This document shows, piece after piece, positions 10,662-21,593 of a stretch of DNA of 25,209 bases (its first letter is position 1; each line of letters starts with the position of its first letter). Location: contig JAQGDQ010001796.1 of NCBI GenBank assembly GCA_030141605.1, forward strand, positions 1 to 25,209, written 5' to 3'. The notes beneath the pieces are model-generated. The model had not been told where the DNA came from and searched no databases. It was given only the letters and a program-made list of their open reading frames with translations. The DNA comes from Tubiluchus corallicola. Lineage: Eukaryota > Animalia > Priapulida. The position numbers were made by a program, and so were the translations under genes.

Positions 10662-11170
10662 GTTTCCTTAAAATGTTTGAGCAGTCAATGGGAGGAGGTT
10701 TTGCTCACGCACACAACACGCACGTGCGCTCACGCATACACACAGTTTCCGTAAAATGTTTGAGCATTCAATGGGAGGAGGTTTTGCTCATACACACAAA
10801 CACGCACGTGCGGTCACACATGCACACATTTTCCTTAAAATGTTTGAGCAGTCAATGGGAGGAGGTTTTGCTCACGCACACAAACACGCGCGTGCGCTCA
10901 CGCATGCACACAGTTTGCTTAAAATGTTTGAGCAGGCAATGGGAGGAGGTTTTGCTCATGCACACAAGCACGCACGTGCGCTCACGCATGCACGCAGTTT
11001 CCTTAAAATGTTTGAGCAGTCAATGGGAGGAGGTTTTGCTCATGCACACAACACGCACGTGCGCTCACGCATGCACACAGTTTCCTTAAAATGTTTGAGC
11101 AGTCAGTGGGAGGAGGTTTTGCTCATGCACACAACACGCACGTGCGCTCACGCATGCACACACGCGCACA
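10662..11170. repeat. 83-84-bp minisatellite, 6 copies
   Basis: AAAATGTTTGAGC recurs at 10670, 10753, 10837, 10921, 11005 and 11088. The second half of each unit is alternating purine-pyrimidine containing GCACGTGC and GCATGC. Confidence 0.97.
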
Positions 11171-11299
11171 CTACAGGTTCTGGGCGTATGTTTTTCTCTG
11201 CACAGAGATTATATTTCATCTTTACCCACAATGCGTTGTAAATTAATCTGTTTTTAAATTAACTACAGCTTATAATGTTTCTTTCTGTTGTCGTTGTAT

Positions 11300-11730
11300 G
11301 GCGCCACGTGCACACCTTGCACAATTGCAAAAATGCAGGCAAAAGTTTGGTCCCTCATTAAGGCATTATGGGTAGTAATCAATTTTCAACGCCCACGTTA
11401 TAGACACCTAGAAGTTTTTAAGTAATATGCCCCTTATTCGTCTATTGTTTTTCGATTGTCATATTTTTGATTTATCAATTTCTCATCGTCAATCATGACA
11501 TTAATTGATTCGATATTCATTAAATGTTTCAAAACTAAACTTCTGAAGGCACTTCTGAACAACACCCGTTCGGCTGCCACACAAAAGTGCCACTGAATTT
11601 CGACAGCTGTTATTCCATACCAACCGGGGAACGTTCTATTATCGGAGCGGCGCTCTATTATCAAAGCTCAACTCAGACCAATCAGCGAGCTGGGCGTACT
11701 CGCGTTTGAATGTCAATGGACCATGTCGGT
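11300..11730. promoter_or_regulatory. Possible promoter-like motif cluster
   Basis: E-box CACGTG 11305-11310, a ZNF143/STAF-like ACTACCCATAATGCC (minus, 11362-11376), an NF-Y-type GACCAATCAGC 11676-11686 and locally raised CpG. Motif-only evidence. Confidence 0.3.
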
Positions 11731-12952
11731 ATACACTGTAGAGGCTAGTACACTATATCTGTAGGGTTTGCTCGATATCGCGTGTAATGTTTTATCTGAC
11801 TGAGACAGTGCTACTTGTCTACGGGTGTTTTGTTTAACGGATTGAAGTCTCTGCCTGTTTCTTCAGTTGAGAATTAAAAACGAATTTATACGACCTTGTG
11901 ATAACAATCTTCGTTACAGCACCTGCGTCGAGCAGACGAACTGTAGGAGTGAATACTCAGTCTTTTATATACGATTAGACAGTACAACTGTTGTTGTACC
12001 TAAACAGGTGATGACCCAATAGCGATTCTGTGAGACAGTTCCGCGCTGTCTGTTAAAGAGTGCTTTACATTTTGTGTTGTGTTAGTGACGTTTACGACTT
12101 TTAGAGGTAACTATTGCAAGAGAAGTTAGTCATTCCAAGAGGAAAGCTTTTAATCTTTATCGTTTTCGAGAATTGGTCGGTAAAAGCAATAGCAATTCGA
12201 GCTATAATGATAAATGATACAGACAGAGATAATTTGCCAAGTTGGGCACTTCTTTGTGATATTAAGTTTCTCTAACTAATGATTGTGTATCTCTGGACTT
12301 TGTGGACTCTTGAATAGGAATTCATCTTGTTCATAAAGAAGCTGAAGGTTTAGTCGACTTTTGTATAACTTCGAACCAACTTTGGTGGGGTTAACGTTTT
12401 CCATTAAGGCCGAATCCTAATCAACTCTATGTTGCCCAGGGGCTGGGTGGCAATGACAAGCGATGGAGGTCTGAGCCTGTCCAAAGTTTTCATATTAGAC
12501 AAGTATTTCACGGAACTGCAAAACTACTGGGAGACAGAACAGAAGCTAGGGAAATATGAGCCAGCCTGTAAAGGTAAGGATTAAGGATTTTATTAATTGA
12601 CAATTTTGTAAAATCTGCTCCCAAGAAAAACAGACAAAGTAGATAATCCAGCATGGATGAGATGGTCTGTTTTTGCATAGCCAAGATAAGATGTTTGTTT
12701 TGTCTTTTACAGTAACTTGTTTTGTGGGGATTTAGTAACCTAGGCCTGATAATACCTACTTTATTTATGAGCAAATTTAGTAAATTCTGTTTAATAAATT
12801 CTTATTTACAACACTTTAGTAATACACGTCATTTTTTATGAGTAAAGTTATTGGTTTTTATTCGTCAAGTAGTGCTAGGATGTACCAAAACAGCATTCAG
12901 TGAGACTCTTTAAGTATCAGTGAAACTACCATTAATACCATGTGGCTATAAC

Positions 12953-13090
12953 GGCAGCCATCAGGTAATGTTGTTGACGATCATCCGTCATGATTTTGGC
13001 AGCCATCAGGTAATGTTGTTGACGATCATCCGTCATGATCACGGCAGCCATCAGGTAATGTTGTTGACCATCATCCGTCCTGATTTTGGC
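12953..13090. repeat. 45-bp tandem repeat, 3 copies
   Basis: GGCAGCCATCAGGTAATGTTGTTGAC recurs at 12953, 12998 and 13043. Confidence 0.96.
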
Positions 13091-13958
13091 TGTCCCGACG
13101 TTTTAGAATTCGCAGTGGAACTCATTTTTCTCTTCTCTAGTTTTCTCTTCCTCTTCAATTCCTCTTATCTCTAAAAGTTCACCACAAATAACTTACAGTA
13201 GCTGCAAAAGCTAAGCTCGTAGTCTAGTTACTTTTGGCATTGTGTACCAAACTGAGTCCGGGATTTGACTAATTGGCATGCGCGGATAAAGGTGTTTTAC
13301 GTCATTTCAAAAGACTGCCGGTACAGTCAACAAAGGACTCTCATTTCGACTCATTTGGAAAGAAAATACTCAAACAAACACTAACAGAAACATTTAACTT
13401 TTCAAGAAACGTAATAGGCAAAGGTGAATACACAATAAAGTCATTCAAATTCAAGAGACGAAACAATTGAAATTACGAATTTCGTTTTTTTCTGAATGTC
13501 TGATTTTGTTCCTAGGTCTTTGGCTTTTTGGTGTGTATATTTTTGGTATCTCACCTTCATCGAGTAGCATTCAATTTCAAAGCACTAAATTACTGGTACA
13601 TCTGACCTCATAAATCGAGGGTTATTAACTTGTTCAAGGAAAATTCAGGAAGGCGTGGTGAGACGAATAACTTGTCAATGAAGCTACAATAAAATATATG
13701 GTTAAACTGAGAAGAAATCATTGTCGGGTCGTCTACCCTCGGAACGCTTTATCGCGTGGCGGACGTCGCTTGTACAGGCTTAAAACCCTGTAGGCTTAAA
13801 GTGAATCTTTGGCCGATGTTTCGCTAGCTCATAGATCAGAGTTTCAATGTGTACTAAATTTTTCATCTCATTAACTTCATTGTTCACCAGGTCTACATTG
13901 TTACATTATTTGAATCGAATGTCATGTACCTATTTTTTCGAATTATTCCTACACTCGA

Positions 13959-14142
13959 GGCCGATGGTTAGCCGAGGGTAGCTGACCGACCACGGTGTTT
14001 GCTTTGTTATGAAGTTAAACATCGTCGGGACCGAATAGTTACTGGATGGATGACCGTCACGAAAATGCACTCTTTCGAAAGGAGCTTAAACGCGGGCCTG
14101 TCTGAGAATCGAACCTCGGCTTTCTTTCTAATCTAACTAACA
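13959..14142 (+). mobile_element. SINE with a 5S rRNA-derived segment and a tRNA-like head
   Basis: 14011-14056 GAAGTTAAACATCGTCGGGACCGAATAGTTACTGGATGGATGACCG matches the 5S rRNA internal control region (GAAGTTAAGCAGGGTCGGGCCTGGTTAGTACTTGGATGGGAGACCG). The head GGTTAGCCGAGGG is A-box-like, and there is a short CTAA-repeat tail. Confidence 0.75.
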
Positions 14143-17100
14143 CATGATAGTAAGATAAAGCGATACCTCACTCATATACAGCCTAAAAAGTTTAAACCTT
14201 TGACCTTGTGAATATATTGACTGTATATAAACACGCTTATGCGAGTTTTCTTCCTGGGAATATTTAAAGGTCCAGTAATCCCACCCTGCCCAACGCGAGA
14301 GGGCGGATCAAAAATGTTCTTGTTATACGTTCATCATCTCCTATCATCAACTGTTAACTTATTCAGTAACTAGTTAGTTATAGTTGGTTTGCACATCTAC
14401 TTTACACTTTAATCAGGGAACTTATATACGCACTGTATGTCACTGAGCTAGCTGATTTCATGCTATTCTTGGGAACCGTTTAGATCGTGTTCGTATCTCT
14501 CACGACCCAGTAAGTGTGAGCACCTCGTACTCAGTTCTATTTACCTTCTCTTGAAAGCCTGTTCTACTCCTCTTTCTTTTCTTTATGGCGTTATAACGGC
14601 GTGGGAAGATTTCTTCAAGAAGTGACTGTCATCCCTTTCTGCTGAGTGAAAAACGCCCTAGAGGCAGGCGAGATTGGTCACTCTTAGCTCAATTTAATGT
14701 ATGTAATGCGAATTTGAAAGATGAGAATGTTAAAATGAGCTCTCTAATGAACTTGTTATCAGTCATTTGAAGTGAAGGGAATGTTGTGAATTCCTCTTTC
14801 ACATACAACCATTCCTCTGACCTGTGTGGGTTTTGTTTGTTAAACTTTTGTAAAGTACTATTGTTTATTTGTTACAGATAAATAAAGAAATGAAAAAGTA
14901 GACAAATTAATACAAAAACAAATAATGTATTAGGAAATCGTTTATGACACTATTTCTCTTCTTGCTTCGTACTCATACACTCTATAATAATCAATTAATA
15001 AGGGTGACAGAATTCGCCCTTGTGGCATAACTAATAAAACAAAACGTAATTGTTCATCAGTATTGTGTCCACAGCCAAGTGTATCTATTCTACATCTGTC
15101 TTCTGAAAGTTGTTTCTATCAGCAGCTGCTCAAACTAACCAAATAGTTTGCGTGAAAGTATACTTTTACTGTTAAGTACCAATGTGGTTTTTCACATTAA
15201 TTAGTCCATCTCATGGAGTCAAATTTTTGTTGTCATACCAAAAGTTTTTTTCTGTATGATCAGCTGCTGCTTTCATTGCACTATTGTATCTTTCCAAGAT
15301 GGCAGGTAAATTGCTAAAGTGATTATCTTGTACTGTGATTAATCGCTATTGGTGCACTTTTAAGCTGATGAAAAAACGTATATCTGAAATTTTGTAACTT
15401 TTGTCAATCAAAAACTGTTTTAGTCTAGGTTGTTTCTGCTCAAGAAAACTCTGCAGCTAAGCGTCGGGCGTCCCCACAGAATTAGTTACTACCAGTAACC
15501 ACATCTTGTGGGCTACATTCTTGTATCCTCCAGGGTATACTATGGGAATAATACCTTCCTTGTCGCTGCTAATAAGTTAATAATGACCTTTGGTGTCGGA
15601 ATTCCATGGCCACATCAACCGGAAATTCCACTGCTACTAAACCATTATGTTGCGGTGCCTTCATTAATTTTATAGAGCGTAATATCGCAAAATTCCGTTC
15701 CCATACTAACTCCCCACACACTGACCGTTCTGTGAGCCATTGCAACGGCGTTATTATAAAATAAATTAAAATTTTATAATGAATAAATTAATGCTCGAAC
15801 CGCTTGAACACAATTCTGTGCTTCCATTGAAATTTTCCTCGTTAAAATCTTAAAAATGGTTAATAACTTGATGCATTCAACGCTTAAGCCGATTTTTTAA
15901 TTCTCTGAATGAAAGACCGCAGCTCAGAATTCATCAAAAGCGAGTAAACAAATCACATTTTAATGCGTTTTAAAATGCACACAAAACGAAAATTAAATAT
16001 TTCTAAGTCAAAGCAGCTGGTGAAATTTGAAGTGACTCAACAACTTAAGCTAAAACTTTTGTGAGCTCAGTATCCTAATTAAAGGTCCAATTTCATTTAC
16101 GTTATGTTTACATTATAATGCTATAGGGTATGAGGAACCACGAATGCAACATGAGCAACTGGTAACACAAAAACTGAGAAACTTGAAGTTTCTGAAGTTG
16201 TTGTAGATCCAGGTTCTTTCGATTATAGTTACACACCTTGTATAATACAAAAATCACAGGAAACATAGCTGTTATTTTCAAAAGGAAAATAGTGATGATG
16301 GTAATAACGTTATTTATAAATAAAAAACTACCTGTGACAGAACTACGTATGACTGACAGACAGAACAAACACGTAAACACGTAAGTGAAAGCAAGCACAT
16401 GCATGTTTAGTCTAAACAAACATCAGGCTCCGTTTTTGCAATAGCTTTTGATAAACTTTTTAAAACCTACTAACACAAGTTTGATGTTAGACCCAAAGCT
16501 GAACGAACTTTCTAGATCTGAGGCGACAAACTGTAGGAAGGTGTCTCTTCGCGACCTACTGATTCTGGTTTGGCACCCACTTCTCTTGCGATACTAATCT
16601 TTACAGGTGATTTATGCGGAGGCGGGAGGCGCCTCGAGTCGAGGGTCTAAAATTCCTTGTTCCTCTCCATTCTCTGATGTTTGTGTTTTCCTTTGTGCCA
16701 GCGGAAGTGTTCAACAATCATTCTCCAGCGCATAAACAGATTCACATCTTCCTTTTATCACGCCTTTGAACAGGTGAGGCGACAGCCTGCATCCTTGGGG
16801 GAAGCTTAATTAAACATTTGCCACAAATTATACGACCTGCAATTGTTAAGCATTTATTTTAAATATTGTTTTGAATGGAATTTTTTTTTGGTTTTAGGAC
16901 CATTTATCCATTGGCGAAGGCTTCATTAGTTTGTTATTTTTTGTTTGCAGTTTGCGTCCTCAGAAGAATTGATTTATCTTACGCGCATACGCACACGTGC
17001 TTGAACTACTTATCATACGTATATTAGCTGTTATAAAGTCTGTTAGTTAATATTCAATTTTCTTGAGGGAAATTCCTCGTTGCTTGCGCAGCACAGAGCT

Positions 17101-17515
17101 GTCAAATTAGTTAATTGAAACCTGATCGATGATGTTTGCACTTTGCCAAGTCTTCTATTATGTCTGTCAACCAAATATGGCTACACATTGGTTTAGCTAC
17201 CAGACGTTTTCCCTCCATATTTTGCACGTTTTCCGTCCCCTCCCGTTTCAATGTACAACTTTCACGAGGAGAAGGTGTACATCGTATTGTATAACATTTC
17301 GGTCGAAGAAATTTTGATTACGAAATATTTTGACATCAGCAGCACAAAACCATATTGCAATTAAGAGGTGAAAACGGCAAACCAGATTTATTCAAAGTTA
17401 ACAGATAAGCTAAACGCAAGTTGTCAATTCTAAACAAGAGTTTGTAAATTAATAAAAAGAAATAGTTTAAAAACAAACGCGCAGAAAGTGATCACCACTG
17501 TGTTCAGATATCAAC

Positions 17516-18640
17516 TTATTCTTTATCTTTTACAAGCACTTTCGAGTCCTCTATCTGCGCTTCTTGGAGTCCTGGTTTCCGGGCTGTTGTTCGTGGAATG
17601 AGGATAGAAATCATTACACGTACGCATCTAAGGCTCTTGTACACAGTTTTTATTTCCCAAGGAAGTAAATTGTTTTTCCACCACGTAGTTCTTTCAACAA
17701 ACAACAACGTGGACAATTCTGTTTTCACAGAGCTTCTTCTCAGTTATCATCGTTCTAAACAATAATGTTCCGTGGTTCTGTCCTAAAATAGTCAAATTTT
17801 CCCACCCACTATTGTGGTAACCTTAGCTGTGCCTTTTAAAGAAGTCTTCATGGTTTTGCAAACAGACAGCACAGGGCGGATCTGCTTGCATTTTGCCTAA
17901 ATTTCACAAACCGACATTTTAAACGGAGCAGCGAATACACACACCCTTCTTACTCATGTTTTTGGAACCTCTTTTAGCAGTGGTTGAGATGTGTTTCTCG
18001 TGGCATTAGCTGAAATGCTACTTTCACACAGAACGACCACAAAAGCGTCCGGCGTTAAACAAGTATTTAAAGACGAGTCGCTTTATGGTAATGTAACTTC
18101 CATTCTTTCACTCTGCGTGTTTTTCTTATCCTTGTGCTCTTCTAGTGATATTAGCTCTGAGCTCATGCAGGCATTCATCACTCTTCCGCTGTTTTGTGTT
18201 AAAGGGACTGTTAGAGACGTTCTCAACTCAAACCCTTTCAAGCTGTGAAGATCAGCGTATTTTTATTAGAGTTTAAATTAGTTATTTCAGCACCTGCCCC
18301 ATTTTTCCGTATCAAGGCAAAATTTTAAAACTATTCCTCGCATGTTCAGTTGAGCATTCCTGCAAGAAATCGAATTCGAATCGAATTTGTGACTTTGGAA
18401 TTCGAGTCAAAGTGTAGGTCAGAATTTTCGAATCCGTATCGAATTCGAATTAAGTTTTACGGATTTTCGAATCACTAGTAAAAAGTAGTCTTGCAAAGAT
18501 AACGCATATTGCTAGATTTTGTTCTGCAGTAATAATACATGTACGTTGTTTAAAAATTGTCCGCAGAAATCACAGCTAAATTGCGCTGATCGCATGATGT
18601 TTCAAACATTCTAATGACAAAGAACTTATGAGTTGAAGTG
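17516..18640 (-). pseudogene. Decayed spliced coding segment, tentatively SEFIR (IL-17 receptor/Act1-like) domain
   Basis: Two segments with AG acceptors (18640-18545 and 18242-17516) give THKFFVIRM...AV(I)..CGQFLNN / LKGFELR...PDAFVVVLCES...GQNHGTLLFRTMITE...NRIVHVVV...LLPWEIKTVY, with stops and frameshifts. The splice phases do not fit cleanly. Confidence 0.35.
18365..18478. mobile_element. hAT-like MITE end with TTCGAA subterminal motifs
   Basis: Clustered TCGAATTCGAATCGAAT motifs ending in TCGAATCACTA (TAGTGATT on the minus strand). A second similar end lies at 18668-18710 and finishes CATTCCCTG. Confidence 0.55.
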
Positions 18641-18828
18641 CTGAATTATTCACGTCCATAATTTTAGGTTCGAATCGAATTTGATTCGAACGTTCGATTA
18701 TCATTCCCTGCTCGCGTGTGTACGAAAAGACATGCAGGGGTATGTAAGAATAAAATGTTTTTTTCAAGGAGATTGTTAGGTTAGCAACCCCACGGTTTGG
18801 TTATATTTTATATACATAATGCGGGTTC

Positions 18829-19333
18829 TTAAAGCAAAACCAGACCCAATCCTAAAGTGTAGATCAAAACAGTCGTCTACTCTTTAAAATATGAAAGGGA
18901 ACATACTATTTTTTCAAGAATGACTTACATGAAAGAATTATTACCGTACAAAAGTAATTTCGTGTTCCCGCGGCTAGTTATTCGTTGTTACGCTTCTCTT
19001 TCGTTAGTTAGACGGGCACTAGCACCCGCATTTTGGAAGCGCGTTGTACAAAGACGGGTGCTGTACGTCTCAGCACAGAGCTGTTCGTTTGTGACGTAAT
19101 ACACACGTTCGAGAGCTCATGCGTGAGCACAGCGGTAAATTTAAAATTTCAATTTTTACCTTAAAAATTGCCGAGTTTTTGTATATGCCACTGAATGTTG
19201 TACAGTAGCACTGTACTTCAATTTTCGCTTTCGCAAACACGTTCAACACGCTCACGGTATGTTCGTAGTTTCGTAGTGTTGAAAATTGTGTTCGATTGTG
19301 GCGCCATCACTAGTTGGGCTCGCCCACCATTAA
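18829..19333. mobile_element. Non-autonomous TTAA-bounded (Kolobok-like) element, family B copy 2 (inverted relative to copy 1)
   Basis: TTAA-AGCAAAACCAGACCCAA...TTGGGCTCGCCCACCA-TTAA; full-length inverted match to 9602-10095. Confidence 0.85.
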
Positions 19334-19374
19334 TTAAGTTTTTAACCCATTAATTAAGTATCAGAAATGCTTTG

Positions 19375-19375
<1 letters not shown>

Positions 19376-19465
<90 letters not shown>

Positions 19466-19498
19466 CATCATCATCATCATCATCGTCATCATCGTCAT
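19376..19498. repeat. Compound (ATT)n-(ATC)n microsatellite
   Basis: A long pure TAT run switches to a CAT/CGT run. Confidence 0.98.
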
Positions 19499-19883
19499 AC
19501 ATGTGTTAAAATGTATACATTTTACCGTAATTCAAAATGGGCTTGAATATGAAAAATCGTCCTGTTTTCCTTTAATCATGAATTTGTAAAATCGTCTCTT
19601 GACTTTTTGGCAACCTTTGATGATAATATTTTCAGGGTTTGTATAAGCGCGGAATCTCTAACGCAGTTTTGATTACACCAACAGGTGTTATTCTGTCGCT
19701 CTGGTCGTTTTCTTGTTCCCGTTCCTATGACATTGTCTCATTTATCATAATCATAAACTGCTCTGTGTAGCTCAAGAAATAATTTGTTTCCCTGTTTCGT
19801 GCAGTCTGCAGGCTTTCGGTTTCTTGAATTCACAGTTACTAAATTTACCAAACAGTTACAAGAATCATGTAAAAGTTGTCTTA

Positions 19884-20043
19884 ATATACGCCTGTGTCGA
19901 AGAGTTGCAGAAAATGTCCTACAACGTTGTCATTCTGGTGTTATTTTTTCAAAGTTCATTGATATACGCCTTTGTCGAAGAGTTGCAGAAAATGTCCTAC
20001 AACGTTGTGATTCTGGTGTTATTTTTTCAAAGTTCATTGATAT
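19884..20043. repeat. 78-bp tandem duplication
   Basis: ATATACGCCT(G/T)TGTCGAAGAG occurs at 19884 and 19962; two mismatches seen between copies. Confidence 0.96.
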
Positions 20044-20080
20044 TACTCAACGAAAATTGACTTGTTTGAATTCTGCCAGC

Positions 20081-20115
20081 TAGGGTTGCCAGCTGTCCAA
20101 GGTTAACAGGGTATT
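20081..20115 (+). mobile_element. hAT-like MITE terminus fragment
   Basis: TAGGGTTGCCAGCTGTCC is a common hAT/Tip100-type MITE end. No clear downstream partner. Confidence 0.4.
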
Positions 20116-21399
20116 AGCGTTTACTTTGTGTTGTTCCAAGCTGCTCAAGAAAAGTGCCAACAAAAGCGTGGAAAATTATCCGCTCTGTAAATGTAAATAC
20201 AGGTGCAAACTCTTACCACGTAATTTCAGCCAGGAATGAGTTAAATTTGTTTGTACACATATCACAATGTTTAATGCATCAAAATGTCAACAGTTTTTTC
20301 TCCCCTGTTTAATGTTGCTGTGACTACCATGACTGCATGACTACCTGCTTTTAGTATTAAACAGGCCAAGTTCTTTCCAACTATACTATGCGAAATTAGT
20401 AGTTTTAGACACCAAATTATACAGGTTATTACTTGTTAGACATTGTGCATTAGCCTTGCATAGCTTCTTACATAGAACTTACCAAACTTCTGAAAGTATT
20501 CAGTGTTGAAAGCTTTCGTAAGTGATGCATCTATATTTCTATAGGCCTATCAAACTTGTATATTCAGCTGTTTGACGCCATTATGAATAGCAGGATGTGC
20601 TTTGTATTTTCTAATGTATAAGAACTGTGGTGCCGTATGCTTTTCCAAGTGGTTCTAAAGTTGACGCACTCCAGGCACGCGCGTGCTAGCAGACAAAGAG
20701 TTGTAAAACAAAGATTTCCCGTGTTCTTACTGCCAGAGAACACTTGCGTTAAATTTGTGTTTATCAAAACCCTGGTCAACATAACAATGCTTTATTAGGT
20801 CGATTTGTTTAACTTTGCGTGGGTTAACAACGTGCCCATTGTTGAAGCAGTGAAGCGGCGGAATTTCGCGGATTTGGAAATTTTAAATGTGACAAACGTC
20901 ATCAAAAGCGTTGTCTACGCTTAGCACATGACCACACCAGTAATAATTATTTACTCTACCTTTACATAATTTATAAACTTAATACACATTAAACATAAAT
21001 GGCATATCTCTTTAAACTTAAACAGTATAACCAGGTACGAAAAGTATTAATATAATAGATAAAATGGTCTTATTATTAAATTTTTTTGTCATTTTCGGTC
21101 GATAATCATATTAAAAATAGCATTAATAATATACAGTTAATTGTTATTCATTTAGTTTAAAACCAGTATGGCCTTACAGGTACATGCAACTTTGCTTCTT
21201 TTAGTGTCATTATTGCATAGTCAAATTAATTTGTTAGCTATTTTGCTTTTAATTAGGTAGTTTTGCCCACAGAATTCTGCTTTACTAATTTTGTTTTCAC
21301 TTTGTTTTGCGCAAATTTGCATAATTTTATTTACCATAATTGTTTGCTATTAATTTAATTTTGATCTGTTTTCCTATTCAAATCTTTATTTTGTTCTAA

Positions 21400-21593
21400 C
21401 AATATTTGCTCGCCATGCTGAAATTAGTAGACTCACTATTTAGGGATGGCAGACTAGATGACCTTTTGGTCTTTCGCCATCCCGCCCTTCTTTAATCTTT
21501 GTAAATCATTGTTATATCTATGATTGTTATTTTGAAGGCAAAAAATAAATTGTTATTACTGCTGCTACTGCTGCTGCTGCTACTACTACTACT
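21400..21593 (+). mobile_element. CR1/L2/Crack-group LINE 3' UTR and tail
   Basis: Stem-loop GGGATGGC-AGACTAGAT-GACC-TTTT-GGTC-TTTC-GCCATCCC (21443-21483) resembles the CR1 GACTAGATGACC...GGTC motif. AATAAA at 21544-21549 is followed by an (ACT/GCT)n tail. Confidence 0.7.

Noticed and set aside
10662-11170. CRISPR-like array or repeat-protein ORFs (also 4396-4575 and 12953-13090)
   Set aside because: Units are near-identical over their whole length with no unique spacers and no cas genes. The 83/84-bp length variation breaks the reading frame.
13805-13840. Penelope-type minimal hammerhead on the minus strand (ATGAGCTAGCGAAACATCGGCC)
   Set aside because: The CUGAUGA core and cleavage triplet are broken and no Penelope ORF is nearby; at best a dead remnant.
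17250-17283. HDV-like ribozyme (minus strand TTC-TCCTCGT-GAA)
   Set aside because: Forms a simple hairpin; P2, the P1.1 GG and P4 are absent.
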